DNA of 64,000 bases from Gloeomargarita sp. SRBZ-1_bins_9 (GCA_039794565.1 JAUQVX010000012.1:807-64806); one strand, 5' to 3'. Positions 30,174-40,665 are shown, counted from the first letter of the stretch. Notes: generated by a model not told the origin, from the letters alone. Program-made: numbers and translations.

Positions 30174-32649
30174 GCCAGGGTTCTGTGGAACAACTGGGGG
30201 GTGCCACTTTGATCAGGGGAGCCAACTCCAGGAGGTCGGGCGCCAATTTCCCCTGCACCGCCCAGGCAAAATAACGCTCCTGAATCCGGTCCAGTTGCAG
30301 GTGCAGATTGAGTTGCTGGGCCCATTGGAAAAGGTGTCGCCAGCGCTGAATCCCCAACCGTAGTAACGCCGCCGGCCCATGGCTGAGTAATCCTTCTAAC
30401 CAGGTGAGCAGCAAGCGTTCGATGATTTGCCGCCCTTCGGGGATCTCCAGCCGCACCCCCACTTGGTCCACCTCCTGGGCCAGGCTATGCAGCTCCTGTA
30501 AATAGGCCAGACCGTTGGGGGGGCTATCCTGCAGGGGATTGCTCGTTTCCAGCTCCAACTGCCGCAGGAGCATCATGGCCCGCTGGCTCAAGCTGATGGC
30601 CGCCGCCACCTGCAACTCCTGGGGCACAGGCAGATGGTCCCGCCGGAAGGCCATCACCACGCCGTAGTTTTCCCGATAGACCTGGCTGTAGAGCTGGTCG
30701 AGGTGCGTCAGGGTGGTCTGGGCTAGGAAGGTGATGATGCGCTGGCGCTCTTCGCTGAACACATCCCGCAGACCGTAGCAGGCGCCACCGTTGAACAGAC
30801 GGGCCATGGCCAGCACCGTTTGCGCTCCGCTGCCCTGGTGAAACACCTGTACCAGCTGATCCCGCAACTGCTGATAGGCTTTGCGTCCCTTGTAGAGCTG
30901 GAGGCAACAGTGAAAATCCCAACCGCCCAAGTGCAGAACCGCCAGGACCAAGTGTTGCCTCTCCCAGGTGATCACCGACGTGATCGTGACCTCCCCCACC
31001 GCCAACGTCAAAGTGCCCAGCCGGTAAATTTGATAGTCCTTTTGGTCAATGCGGTAGCAGTAGAGTTGTTCCTGGCGGGGATAGGTGGTGTACAGGGAAC
31101 TAATGCCGTAGTGGGCGGCCACCTGGGCCATGGTCACCCGGGCCGTTTCCACCCGTTGTTGGTACACCACCTCGCCGTTAACGTACTGGGGTAAGTTGCT
31201 AGGGGCTAAAGCCAGCCGCTTGCGAAACTCCGGTTCCAAATCTTGACCGGTGACCTCCCGCGCCCAAGTGATCGCCCGGTCGGCATAGCGCAGGATTTGT
31301 ACCCCTTCGGGCCGGGACAGTTCGTCGAAGAACCACCCGCAACTGGTGAACATCAACAACCGGTAGCGCTGCATTTCCAACAAGCGCAACACATCCACCT
31401 GTTCTTCCGGCGTCAGGGGATAGCGCTGGTGCCGGGCCAAAAAAGCTTGGGTCTGCTCCCGGGTCCGTTCCCGAATGACCTGGATGTATTCGTCCCGCGC
31501 CTGCCAGGGGTTGACCAGCCAGTCCCCCGCCCATTCCTCATACAGGGCGTCCAGTTGCTGGGCCAGCCAGTCCAGACTTTGGCGCAGGGGCAACCGCCAC
31601 TTTTGGTGCCAGCCTCCCCCCCCGCCACAGCCGCAATCCGATCGCCAGCGTTCCACCCCATGGGCGCAACTCCAGGCTGTGCGGGGCTTGATGACGATCT
31701 CCCACTCGGGCGGGTGCAAGCTCAGGTAATGGGCAAAATTGGTCACCTTCCAGCCACGCCGGGGAATTTCCCGCGTCAAGGCATAGGCGATGGTCTTTTC
31801 CGCCCCCTTTTTGTGGTGCCCAAAGGTCTCCCCGTCCGTGGCGACGGCAATCAATTGGGTGCGTCCCGGTTGCACCGCCATCCCCAAGCGCCCCACCAGG
31901 GTTTGACTGCTGCAGAGGACATCCCCAAAGCCCATATCCCCAGAAATCGGCCCGTCATAAACAAAAATGGCGATGCTGCGCTGGCGACCGTATTCCGGCA
32001 GGACCTCGTCGGGAATCCGGCATAGGTAAGGACGGGTAGGGTCAATCTGGCCGCCCCCCACCTCCAACCATTCCCCCCCCGCCAACGGCCGACAACGCTG
32101 CGCCTGGGACGGGGCAATGATGGTGAACTTAAACCCCTCCGCCACCAACACCGCCAAGGTTTCGTAGTCAATGGCGGTTTCTGCCAGCCACATCCCCTCC
32201 GGCCAGCGCCCAAACCGGGCAAAAAAGTCTGCCTTGGCCCAGCGCACTTGGGTGAATTTGTCCCGGGTCGAGGCCAGGGGCATGATGATATGGTTGTAAA
32301 CCTGGGCAATGGCGTTGCCGTGGCCGTTGAGCCGCTCGCAACTGCGCCGGTCCGCCTCAAGGATGCGCTGGTAAGTCTCCAGGTCGTAGCGCTCCAGCCA
32401 ACTGAAGAGGGTCGGGCCGATGTTAAAACTCAAGTATTCAAAGTTGTTGACGATATCGATCACGTCGCCGTCGTCACTTAAGACCCGAGCGAAGGCGTTG
32501 GGACGATAGCACTCATGGAAGATGCGCTCGTTCCAGTCGTGAAAGGGGGCTGCCCCCTCCTGCCGCTCAATCGCCTCCAGGTAGGGGTTCTCCCGGGGGG
32601 GCTGGTAAAAATGCCCATGAATGGTCACGTATACCTCCGTTGGCCCCAT
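30064..32649 (-). CDS. Glycoside hydrolase family 57 protein with DUF3536 domain
   Basis: HGHFYQPPRENP, GMWLAE.A, ATDGETFGHH, WSC.HGV.RW, MFTSCGWFFD. Confidence 0.92.
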   Translation of the reverse strand: MGPTEVYVTIHGHFYQPPRENPYLEAIERQEGAAPFHDWNERIFHECYRPNAFARVLSDDGDVIDIVNNFEYLSFNIGPTLFSWLERYDLETYQRILEADRRSCERLNGHGNAIAQVYNHIIMPLASTRDKFTQVRWAKADFFARFGRWPEGMWLAETAIDYETLAVLVAEGFKFTIIAPSQAQRCRPLAGGEWLEVGGGQIDPTRPYLCRIPDEVLPEYGRQRSIAIFVYDGPISGDMGFGDVLCSSQTLVGRLGMAVQPGRTQLIAVATDGETFGHHKKGAEKTIAYALTREIPRRGWKVTNFAHYLSLHPPEWEIVIKPRTAWSCAHGVERWRSDCGCGGGGGWHQKWRLPLRQSLDWLAQQLDALYEEWAGDWLVNPWQARDEYIQVIRERTREQTQAFLARHQRYPLTPEEQVDVLRLLEMQRYRLLMFTSCGWFFDELSRPEGVQILRYADRAITWAREVTGQDLEPEFRKRLALAPSNLPQYVNGEVVYQQRVETARVTMAQVAAHYGISSLYTTYPRQEQLYCYRIDQKDYQIYRLGTLTLAVGEVTITSVITWERQHLVLAVLHLGGWDFHCCLQLYKGRKAYQQLRDQLVQVFHQGSGAQTVLAMARLFNGGACYGLRDVFSEERQRIITFLAQTTLTHLDQLYSQVYRENYGVVMAFRRDHLPVPQELQVAAAISLSQRAMMLLRQLELETSNPLQDSPPNGLAYLQELHSLAQEVDQVGVRLEIPEGRQIIERLLLTWLEGLLSHGPAALLRLGIQRWRHLFQWAQQLNLHLQLDRIQERYFAWAVQGKLAPDLLELAPLIKVAPPSCSTEPWLKPLISAGRLLPPTTDGPAAIAATPPPAGDAEPNRP

Positions 32650-32899
32650 ACTCCCTCCCGGTTGCTGTCGGGTTAATTTTACGTTAACTTTGTGGCCAAG
32701 CCCAACGGCCCGTTCTCCCCAAAATCTTTAGCTTTGGACGCTCCTTTGGTTTTTGCAAAACTTTACAGGCCGCCACCAACGGTAAACACCTACTGTGACG
32801 ATACTTGCCCAATTTTTACAGAATTTTTGGTTTCTGCAACTTGTAGTCCCTTGGCTTGGTGCATTAGGCTAAAAATAGCGGGAGCAAGTGGATGCCACT

Positions 32900-33505
32900 A
32901 TGAGCGAGACCAATCCCTACGCGCAGTTAGGGGTCAGTGAAGATGCCTCCTTTGAAGAAGTGCAGGCCGCGCGGGCGCAACTGCTACGGGAGTGCCAGGG
33001 GGATGAAAAACGGGCCCAGGTGGTGGAAATGGCCTATGATGCCATCCTGATGGACCGGCTGCGCCAACGGCAGGAAGGGCGTATTAAGGTGCCGGAGCGG
33101 ATTCGCTATGCGGAGCGGCACATGGTGGCGACGGCGGAAAAAAGCGATGTGCGCACGGCCACCCTACCGGCCTGGGCTGAACAATTGCGTAACTGGATTG
33201 ACACACCCACCACGACCGATGTGGTCTGGACCAGTTTGGTGTATGCCGGGTTAGGGTTTTGGGCCTGGTCAGCACCGGTGAATGCGGCCTTGTCCGTGGC
33301 CCTGGGGATAGGGGCGAGTCTCTATTTCCTGAATCGCAAGGAGCATCGCTTTGGTCGGGCGCTGCTGTTGACTCTGGTGGGATTGGTGCTCGGCGCTCTG
33401 GTGGGGAATGTGTTGGTCAGCCTGGGTCTGGGATTGCCAGCCAATACGGCCATCAGCTGGGGCATTTTCGCCATGCTCTGGTTGGTCAGTAGTTTCTTGC
33501 GCTGA
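32900..33505 (+). CDS. CPP1-like (chaperone-like protein of POR1) family membrane protein
   Basis: NPY..LGVSEDASFEEVQ.AR, AYDAILMDRLR.RQEG.IKVP..IRYAE, C-terminal TMs. Confidence 0.88.
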   Translation: MSETNPYAQLGVSEDASFEEVQAARAQLLRECQGDEKRAQVVEMAYDAILMDRLRQRQEGRIKVPERIRYAERHMVATAEKSDVRTATLPAWAEQLRNWIDTPTTTDVVWTSLVYAGLGFWAWSAPVNAALSVALGIGASLYFLNRKEHRFGRALLLTLVGLVLGALVGNVLVSLGLGLPANTAISWGIFAMLWLVSSFLR

Positions 33506-33519
33506 CGATTGCTCCGGTT

Positions 33520-34158
33520 ATGTCCGCCGCGACTGATCCCCAGTCGGTGAAAAGTGACCTGTGGCTGCGGGGGTTGTTGACGGTCGCCTGGGCGGATGGG
33601 CATTACACGGACGAGGAGAAAACTTTGGTGGCTGATTTGCTAGGGGCCAGCGAGGTTGGTGATTTTCGACCGGTAACCCCGCAGGAGTTGGCCCAGGCGT
33701 TGCCGCCCTACGACCCGAGAACGGGGGATTTCCTGCGCACAGCGGTGATGGTGGCCCTGGCTGATGGCTTGTACTCGGACGCTGAAGACCGGCTGCTGCG
33801 TCAGTTTTGCCAAGCCCTCGGCCAACCGCTGGATGTACTGGAGAACTTACGGGCAACCCTGGTGAAACGGGAGGGGAACCAGTATCTGCCCCAGCAGGCC
33901 TCCGAGCGTCAGGACTTACTCGACCCGGTGCGGCGCTGGCTGGACCAGTTGGAAATCCATGACCCCCGAGTAGCCCGTTTCCTGTGCCGCCTGATTCCGG
34001 CCCAATGCCCCTTTGAACGGGATGTGGTGTTGTTTGGGCGCAAGGTTGTGCATATCCCTCCTTTGTGCCAGCTCAACCCCCTGTATGAGCAGTTGGTGGG
34101 GTTGCGGCTGCGGGCGCTGGCCTTTTTGGCGCAACGGGGGGAAGATGTCCCGGCCTAG
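33520..34158 (+). CDS. TerB-like + 'Mo-dependent nitrogenase C-terminal' domain protein
   Basis: LLTVAWADG, FLRTAVMVALADG, IPAQCPFERD, PPLC.LNPLYEQL..LR. Confidence 0.88.
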   Translation: MSAATDPQSVKSDLWLRGLLTVAWADGHYTDEEKTLVADLLGASEVGDFRPVTPQELAQALPPYDPRTGDFLRTAVMVALADGLYSDAEDRLLRQFCQALGQPLDVLENLRATLVKREGNQYLPQQASERQDLLDPVRRWLDQLEIHDPRVARFLCRLIPAQCPFERDVVLFGRKVVHIPPLCQLNPLYEQLVGLRLRALAFLAQRGEDVPA

Positions 34159-34160
34159 AT

Positions 34161-34649
34161 ATGCACATCCGGGAGGCGCAACCCCAGGATTGGCTGCAGA
34201 TGTGGCCCCTGATTCAGGAGGTGGCTCAAGCCGGGGAGACCTACGGCTATGACCCGGACCTGTCACCAACCCAGGCCTATCACCTGTGGATGGAAGTCCC
34301 CCACAAGACTTACGTGGCGGAGTGGGATGGGCAGATTGTGGGTATCTACTACCTGAAGCCGAATCAGGGGGGACCGGGGCGGCATGTGAGTAATTGCGGC
34401 TACATCGTGGCCCAGGGGTGGCGGGGGCGGGGCATCGGGCGGCAGATGGGGGAACATTCGTTGCAGATGGCCCGGGTGTTGGGGTACAAGGCGATGCAGT
34501 TTAACTTTGTCGCCGCCAGCAATAGGGTGGCCATTCACCTGTGGCAAAAACTGGGGTTTAGGGTTGTGGGGCGCTTGCCTAAGGCCTTTTGCCACCCGCG
34601 GCTGGGGTATATTGATGCCCTGGTGATGTATCAATGGTTGGCGGATTAG
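34161..34649 (+). CDS. GNAT family N-acetyltransferase
   Basis: RGRGIGR, MQFNFV...N..AI.LW.KLGF..VG.LP. Confidence 0.92.
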   Translation: MHIREAQPQDWLQMWPLIQEVAQAGETYGYDPDLSPTQAYHLWMEVPHKTYVAEWDGQIVGIYYLKPNQGGPGRHVSNCGYIVAQGWRGRGIGRQMGEHSLQMARVLGYKAMQFNFVAASNRVAIHLWQKLGFRVVGRLPKAFCHPRLGYIDALVMYQWLAD

Positions 34650-35900
34650 ATGGCCATTTCCCTGACGGATCATCCTTTGCTCCAGGCGGTGCTGGCGGAA
34701 TTGCAGCCCCGGTTCCAGGCGATTGATGCCCTGGTGAAAACCAACTTGGCGCGGGTGCTGCAGGCCATGGCCGACCAGCGGGTGGGGGTGCACCACTTTC
34801 ACGAAACGACTGGCTATGGGCACGGGGACCAGGGGCGGGAAACCCTGGAGCGGGTGTTTGCCCAGGTGATGGGGGCGGAGGCGGCGCTGGTGCGTCCCCA
34901 GTTTTTCTCCGGCACCCATGCCATTGCCTGTGCCCTGTATGGGGTGTTGCGTCCGGGGGATGAACTGCTGGTGGCAACAGGAGCGCCCTATGACACGTTG
35001 GAACCGGTGTTGGGGCTGCGGGACTCAGGGCAGGGGTCGCTCCAGGATTTCGGCGTCCTTTACCGGCAGGTGGATTTGACGCCTACAGGGGAGGTGGATT
35101 GGCAGGCCCTGCCCCAGGCAGTAGGTCCCCGCACCCGGGTGGTGTTGATTCAGCGCTCCTGCGGCTATAGTTGGCGGCGCAGTCTGACGGTGGCGGAGGT
35201 CGGCTACATTGTTGAGCGGGTTAAGCAGGTCAATCCCCGGGTCATTTGCGTGGTGGACAACTGCTACGGCGAATTTGCTGAGACCCAGGAGCCGCCGATG
35301 GTGGGGGCTGACCTGATCGCCGGGTCGTTGATCAAAAATCCGGGGGGAACCATTGCCCCTTGCGGCGGATACGTGGCCGGCAAACGGGCCTATGTGCAAC
35401 TGGCGGCGAATCGTTTAAGCGCGCCGGGGATCGGCATGGAAGCCGGAGCGTCCCTGGGGTTCAATCGCCTGTTGTTCCAGGGGTTGTTTCTGGCGCCGCA
35501 GATGGTGGGAGAGGCCCTCAAGGGGGGATTGCTGCTGGCGGCCACCTGCCAACGCCTGGGCTATCCGGTGCAGCCGACGCCAGAACAACCCCGGCCCGAC
35601 ACCATCCAGGCCATCCAGTTGGGGGACCCGGACAAGTTGGTGCGCTTTTGTCGGCTCCTGCAGCGCCTCAGTCCGGTGGGGAGCTATGTGGACCCTGTGC
35701 CAGCCGTCACGCCGGGATACGAGAGCCAATTAGTGATGGCCGGCGGCACGTTTATTGACGGCAGCACGAGCGAGCTGTCCGCCGATGGTCCCCTGCGACC
35801 GCCTTATGTGGTGTTTTGTCAAGGGGGCACCACCTGGTTGCACTGGCTCTGGGCGCTGGAACACCTCCTGCCGGAGCTGGCCCCTAATTCACGTACATGA
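34650..35900 (+). CDS. Methionine gamma-lyase / YnbB (aluminium resistance) family PLP enzyme
   Basis: TGYGHGDQGRE, SGTHAI, IQRS.GY, VDNCYGEF, GSLIKNPGG, MAGGTF..GST.ELSADGP. Confidence 0.92.
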   Translation: MAISLTDHPLLQAVLAELQPRFQAIDALVKTNLARVLQAMADQRVGVHHFHETTGYGHGDQGRETLERVFAQVMGAEAALVRPQFFSGTHAIACALYGVLRPGDELLVATGAPYDTLEPVLGLRDSGQGSLQDFGVLYRQVDLTPTGEVDWQALPQAVGPRTRVVLIQRSCGYSWRRSLTVAEVGYIVERVKQVNPRVICVVDNCYGEFAETQEPPMVGADLIAGSLIKNPGGTIAPCGGYVAGKRAYVQLAANRLSAPGIGMEAGASLGFNRLLFQGLFLAPQMVGEALKGGLLLAATCQRLGYPVQPTPEQPRPDTIQAIQLGDPDKLVRFCRLLQRLSPVGSYVDPVPAVTPGYESQLVMAGGTFIDGSTSELSADGPLRPPYVVFCQGGTTWLHWLWALEHLLPELAPNSRT

Positions 35901-36540
35901 ATACCTCGCTTTTTTCATAGCGCACCTTGGGGCGTTGAGCCTGGGGGTCGTCGGCGGCGCGGTAACCCAATGGACACACCACCACTGAGCGATAGGGGGT
36001 TTCCTTCAGCCCCAGGATTTCGTCGTATTTATCAGGGATGAATCCCTCCATCGGGCAGGTGTCAATCCCCAAAAACGCCGCCACCGTCATCAGTTGCCCC
36101 AGTGCAATATACACCTGACGGGCGGCCCATTCTTCCAAATTCAGGGGATAGGGGGGATGGGTCAAAAAGTTTTTGATAAGCTGGCCCAGTCCCTGCAATT
36201 TCTCTAGGGGCACCCCCTGCACCTGGGCTATGCGCGCCAAATACCGATCCACATCCGCCGGACCCAGGTTTTTTTGCAGCGCCAGGACCACCAGATGGGA
36301 GGCCTCAACCACCTGCTTTTGCCCCCAGGAGTACTCCACCAACTGCGCCCGGATGTCCGGGTTGTGCACCACCACAAATCGCCAAGGCTGCAGGCCAAAG
36401 GAAGAAGGGGCCAGGCGTAAACTTTCCTCCAAAACCGCCCAAATCTCCGGCGGAATTTTCCGGGTGGGGTCAAACTTTTTGGTGGCGTACCGCCAGGACA
36501 ACCGCTGCTGTACGAACTCCGGTGAAACCCCCGCCAACAT
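35884..36540 (-). CDS. NAD(P)H-dependent nitroreductase family protein
   Basis: WRYATKKFDP, LAPSSFGLQPW.F, GIDTCPMEGF, LGYR. Confidence 0.93.
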   Translation of the reverse strand: MLAGVSPEFVQQRLSWRYATKKFDPTRKIPPEIWAVLEESLRLAPSSFGLQPWRFVVVHNPDIRAQLVEYSWGQKQVVEASHLVVLALQKNLGPADVDRYLARIAQVQGVPLEKLQGLGQLIKNFLTHPPYPLNLEEWAARQVYIALGQLMTVAAFLGIDTCPMEGFIPDKYDEILGLKETPYRSVVVCPLGYRAADDPQAQRPKVRYEKSEVFMYVN

Positions 36541-36687
36541 GCCCTAGCCCCCTTTACAAAAGTTAACCTTTGTTTTGCATTATAGGGCCACCCTATCCGT
36601 TGGGGGGACTGGCCACTCGGAGAAATTACCGTTGAGCCAGGGGAAGGGACCAATTAGAATTCGGAATACCCCAGCATCGTCGGAACC

Positions 36688-37020
36688 ATGCTTCGGCAAA
36701 TGAATGCCCATGACTTTGCGGCCCGCCGCCGGCAGAATCCCTACCTACAGGTTTTGGATGTGCGGGAGTGGTGGGAGGTGGAACGGGCTTGCTTGCCGGG
36801 CTGTCTCCATCTGCCCCTGAGTGAATTTGCCCTGTGGTCCCCCCAAATCAAGGAGCTACTCGACCCGGCGCAGGAAGTTGTGGTTGTGTGCCATCACGGG
36901 GTGCGGTCGGCCCAGGTGGGCGCTTGGTTGCTGGACCAGGGCTACACCCAGGTGGCCAATCTGGCCGGTGGATTAGACGCCTATGCCCTACTGGTGGACC
37001 CGACCCTGCCCCGTTACTAA
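36688..37020 (+). CDS. Single-domain rhodanese
   Basis: LDVRE.WE, VCHHGVRS, NL.GG.DA. Confidence 0.9.
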   Translation: MLRQMNAHDFAARRRQNPYLQVLDVREWWEVERACLPGCLHLPLSEFALWSPQIKELLDPAQEVVVVCHHGVRSAQVGAWLLDQGYTQVANLAGGLDAYALLVDPTLPRY

Positions 37021-37103
37021 AAGTGCCGGGCCGCCATTGCTTGGTGTCACACCCAACTGGTAAGTTGAGGGCAGACGTGCCCTAGGTCCTCAACGTTTGA
37101 GCC

Positions 37104-38678
37104 ATGACCAGCAAGCGTAGGCACTTCTACCGGCGCGTGGGACGGACAACTCTATTTCACTGCCTACAACGCTGGCTCCACGCAGCTACCTTGCCGCCGG
37201 AGCAGTACGAACGCCTGGTTGAACGGCGCTCCCGACGCAAATTGCTGCAAACGGCCGGGGCCTTAGCTACAGGTGCGCTAACTGCCCATCTGGGGCATCG
37301 GTGGAGCCAAGCCGCTTCCTCGCCCCGCATTGTCATCGTCGGCGCCGGGATGGGGGGACTGAACACGGCTTATCACCTGCGGCGGTGGGGGTGGCGTGCT
37401 TTGGTGTATGAGGGCAGTAACCGCGTCGGGGGGCGCATTTTTTCTACACCAGGTCAGTTCGCGCCAGGTCTGGTGACGGAGTTAGGGGGTGAATTTATTG
37501 ACAGTTCCCATGACGACATGCTCTTTTTTGCCCGCCAGTTTGGGCTTGACCTGATTGACCTGGCCTCGCCTTCAGAAAAATCTTTGCAAACCCGTTATGT
37601 CTTCGATGGTCGAAGCTACACGGAGGCCCAAATCATCGAAGCCCTGCGCCCTTTTGCCCGTCGCATTGCCCAGGATGCCCAAAAAGTGGGAGATACGGTG
37701 ACCTACCGCCAGCACACGCCCCACGCCCGTACCCTGGACTGGCTCTCCCTGGCGGATTACCTGCGGCAGTTGGGAATCAGCGGCTGGCTGTACGACCTGT
37801 TGACGGTGGCCTATGTAACGGAGTACGGCCTGGATGCGGACGCCCAGTCCAGTCTGAACCTGGTCTTGATGCTCGATACGGACCTCCGGGATGGCTTTGA
37901 CCTCTACGGCGAGAGCGATGAACGCTACAAGATTCGAGGGGGCAACCAGCAAATTCCCGACCGTCTGGCCCGCTTGCTGGCCTCCCAACTGCATCTGGAG
38001 CATCGTCTGGTGGCCCTGCGGGAGACGGGTTCGGGTTATCGCCTGACCTTTGCCCGCCCCGGGGACCGCTATGTAGATGTGACGGCAGATGTGGTGGTTT
38101 TGACCCTGCCGTTTACCCTGCTGCGGGAGGTGGACCTGCAAGTTGCCCTGCCCCAGGCCAAACAGCGGGCCATTCGGGAGCTGGGCTACGGCACCAACGC
38201 CAAAGTGATCCTGGGGTTTCAGAGGCCCTTCTGGCGCACCGCTGGGTTCAGTGGTGACTTTTTCACCAGCGCCCCCTGCCAGAGCGGTTGGGACAGCAGC
38301 CGACTCCAGCGCCAATCCGTCGGGAGTTTGACCCTATTTCTGGGGGGAACGCCAGGGGTGCAGGTGGGACAGGGGACCCCCCAAGCACAGGCCAGGGCTT
38401 TTCTGCCGGAAGTGGAGCGGCTGTTTCCCGGTGCCACCCAACAATACACGGGCAAGGCTACCCGCTTTTATTGGCCTGGCCATGCCTGGGCGCGGGGCAG
38501 CTACGCCTGCTGGAAAGTGGGACAGTACACCACGCTTGCCGGATCGGAATTTGCGCCGGTAGGACGATTGTTCTTTGCCGGGGAGCACACCAGCTTGGAC
38601 TACCAGGGCTACATGAATGGGGCGGCCGAAACGGGACGACGGGTGGCCCAACTGCTGCACCGCCAACTGCGGTCCTAG
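37104..38678 (+). CDS. Flavin monoamine oxidase family FAD-dependent oxidoreductase
   Basis: IVGAGMGGL, E...R.GGR, ELGGEFID, FAGEHT, GYMNGA..TG; internal twin-arginine-like SRRKLL. Confidence 0.92.
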   Translation: MTSKRRHFYRRVGRTTLFHCLQRWLHAATLPPEQYERLVERRSRRKLLQTAGALATGALTAHLGHRWSQAASSPRIVIVGAGMGGLNTAYHLRRWGWRALVYEGSNRVGGRIFSTPGQFAPGLVTELGGEFIDSSHDDMLFFARQFGLDLIDLASPSEKSLQTRYVFDGRSYTEAQIIEALRPFARRIAQDAQKVGDTVTYRQHTPHARTLDWLSLADYLRQLGISGWLYDLLTVAYVTEYGLDADAQSSLNLVLMLDTDLRDGFDLYGESDERYKIRGGNQQIPDRLARLLASQLHLEHRLVALRETGSGYRLTFARPGDRYVDVTADVVVLTLPFTLLREVDLQVALPQAKQRAIRELGYGTNAKVILGFQRPFWRTAGFSGDFFTSAPCQSGWDSSRLQRQSVGSLTLFLGGTPGVQVGQGTPQAQARAFLPEVERLFPGATQQYTGKATRFYWPGHAWARGSYACWKVGQYTTLAGSEFAPVGRLFFAGEHTSLDYQGYMNGAAETGRRVAQLLHRQLRS

Positions 38679-38832
38679 GGGAGGTCCCCAGGCATGTCCA
38701 ATACCAGGTGTTCTGTTGCCATGGACGACGTCGGGCCCCTATGGCGGGCAGAAAGGGGTGATAGGATGGGAGGTGTGGCTGACCCTGAACAGTCAACTCT
38801 CCCCCGCCGGCCTGCCCACCCCGACAGCTCCA

Positions 38833-39060
38833 GAATTGAGCCCGGCCCAACAAAGGCGCGTCCAGCGGATATTGGCCCATGTAATCCGTGCCGGTCAGCC
38901 CCAGGCCCTGGATCAGTGGTCCGCTTGGGGTTATCCGAGGCCACGATGGGGGGAGCAGTTCTGCCCTGAAAGTGCCCGGCCACCTCCAGGACTTGACCGA
39001 CCATCTGGAACCGGAACTGAGCGCCTTTGTTCTTTCCCAAGCCCGGCGATCACCCGCGAT
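38833..39060 (+). pseudogene. Possible decayed M48-family Zn-peptidase fragment
   Basis: Consecutive motif-like pieces in three frames: LSPAQQ..RVQRIL, EATMGG (cf. NAFATMGG), DHLEPELSAFVL (cf. DNEAELASVL); HExxH absent. Confidence 0.3.
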
Positions 39061-39061
39061 G

Positions 39062-39088
39062 AAAAAAAAAAGGGCCTGACAAGCCCCC
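39062..39088 (-). terminator. Rho-independent terminator of petCA
   Basis: Minus strand GGGCTT-GTC-AGGCCC then T10, about 25 nt after the petA stop. Confidence 0.85.
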
Positions 39089-39110
39089 TGCCTCTCGCGT
39101 TAGGTCACCT

Positions 39111-40052
39111 TCAGAACTCCATCTGAGCCTGCACCTTCTCCCACTGGCGTTTTTTGAGCACCAGTAGCACCTGCGCCAGGGCCACCGTAGCTAAAAACGC
39201 CATCAACCACTTCAGGCGGGTGGGGCTTTGCAGGACGATTTCCCGCTGCGCTTGACCAAACCCACCCACATTGGGGTTGTCCGTCAAGGGGGCATCCGCG
39301 GCAACCGTATCCCCTACCGCCACGATCAGCTGCGGTCCCGGCGGGATGGTTTCTACTACGGGGTCACCCTCTTCCGGCTGGATCGTCACCTGGTAACCGC
39401 CCTCCGCTTGGGGGGTAATCGCTGTGATCCGCCCGGATACCGAGGCCGTAAACACCGTATTGTTGCTCTTTTCACCCGTGGGATACACCTGACCGCGCCC
39501 GCGGTTGCCCCCCAAATACACTGGATACTTCAGAAAATGCACGTTTTTATTGGTGGCCGGGTCCGGGGCCAGGATAGGAAAGACAATCTCCTGGTACTGG
39601 TCCCCGGGTAAAGGACCCACCAGTAAGATATTGGGTTTGTCCTCGCTATAGGTCTGGTAGTAGATGCCCTCGGTTTTTTCCTTCAGCTCCGGCGGGATAC
39701 GGTCCTCCGGCGCCAGGGTAAAGCCCTCCGGCAGAATCACCACCGCCCCCACGTTCAACGGCCCGCGACTGCCGTCGGCATAGACCTGTTGCAGACTGGT
39801 GTCGTAGGGAATCTTCACCTTGGCCTCAAAAACCTGGTTGGGCAGTACCGCCTGGGGTAGCTCCAGTTGCACGGGTTTTTGGGCCAGATGGCAGTTGGCG
39901 CACACAATCCGGCCGGTGGGTTCTCGGGGGTTGTCGTAGGCCTGCTGCGCCCAGAAGGGATAGGCATAGGCTGGCGCCGGCAGCCACCCCAACCACAGCA
40001 GCATCCCCAGGCCCACCAGTGCCAGTTGTTGGAACAATCCTCGCATCTTCAT
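39111..40052 (-). CDS. petA: Apocytochrome f
   Basis: Signal peptide, YPFWAQQ, CANCH heme site, [11 protein letters not shown]-terminal TM and LKKRQ. Confidence 0.99.
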   Translation of the reverse strand: MKMRGLFQQLALVGLGMLLWLGWLPAPAYAYPFWAQQAYDNPREPTGRIVCANCHLAQKPVQLELPQAVLPNQVFEAKVKIPYDTSLQQVYADGSRGPLNVGAVVILPEGFTLAPEDRIPPELKEKTEGIYYQTYSEDKPNILLVGPLPGDQYQEIVFPILAPDPATNKNVHFLKYPVYLGGNRGRGQVYPTGEKSNNTVFTASVSGRITAITPQAEGGYQVTIQPEEGDPVVETIPPGPQLIVAVGDTVAADAPLTDNPNVGGFGQAQREIVLQSPTRLKWLMAFLATVALAQVLLVLKKRQWEKVQAQMEF

Positions 40053-40071
40053 GGTTTGGTCACTCCAGGGT

Positions 40072-40617
40072 TTAAGTCCACCAGGGGTCTTGACCGGTAC
40101 GGAAATCCTGGTCTGTCCAGGGGGTAAATAGGATTTTGTTATCCTCGGTCACCTGCACCTTCACCAGGGCCAACGACAAGGGTGCCGGACCGCGAATGAC
40201 CTTGCCGGTTTTATCGTACTGGGAACCGTGACACGGACAAATGAATTTATTCTCGCTGGCGTTCCAGGGCACCACACAGCCCAGGTGCGTACAAACGGCG
40301 TTTAACCCATAGTCGGCAATCTGCCCGTCGTCAGTGACGATGATGTAGGTGGGGTCACCCTTGGGGCCTTGGGCCAAGGAGCGGTCGCCGGGGGGATGGG
40401 TTTTCAAGTATTCATCCACCTTAATATCGTTCCCCAGGGCATCCTTGGCAATAACCCCGCTGCCTGCTCCCCCACCAGAACCGGCCGGGACAAAAAAGCT
40501 CACAAACGGATACAGGGCGGCCAGCGCCACCGTGGTCAATCCCCCGGTCATCAGGAGGTTCATAAACTGGCGGCGCCCCATATCGGGCACATCGGCGCTC
40601 GGAGAGACGGAAGCCAT
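40072..40617 (-). CDS. petC: Cytochrome b6f Rieske iron-sulfur subunit
   Basis: RRQFMN Tat motif, CTHLGC, CPCHGS. Confidence 0.99.
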   Translation of the reverse strand: MASVSPSADVPDMGRRQFMNLLMTGGLTTVALAALYPFVSFFVPAGSGGGAGSGVIAKDALGNDIKVDEYLKTHPPGDRSLAQGPKGDPTYIIVTDDGQIADYGLNAVCTHLGCVVPWNASENKFICPCHGSQYDKTGKVIRGPAPLSLALVKVQVTEDNKILFTPWTDQDFRTGQDPWWT

Positions 40618-40665
40618 GACGTTTAATCCCGTTTCGTTACGTTTGGATACACCTTTTCCAGTGTA

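Noticed and set aside
33520-34158. Nitrogen fixation implied by the 'Mo-dependent nitrogenase C-terminal' domain name
   Set aside because: The domain is widespread in non-diazotrophic cyanobacteria, and no nif genes are in the window.
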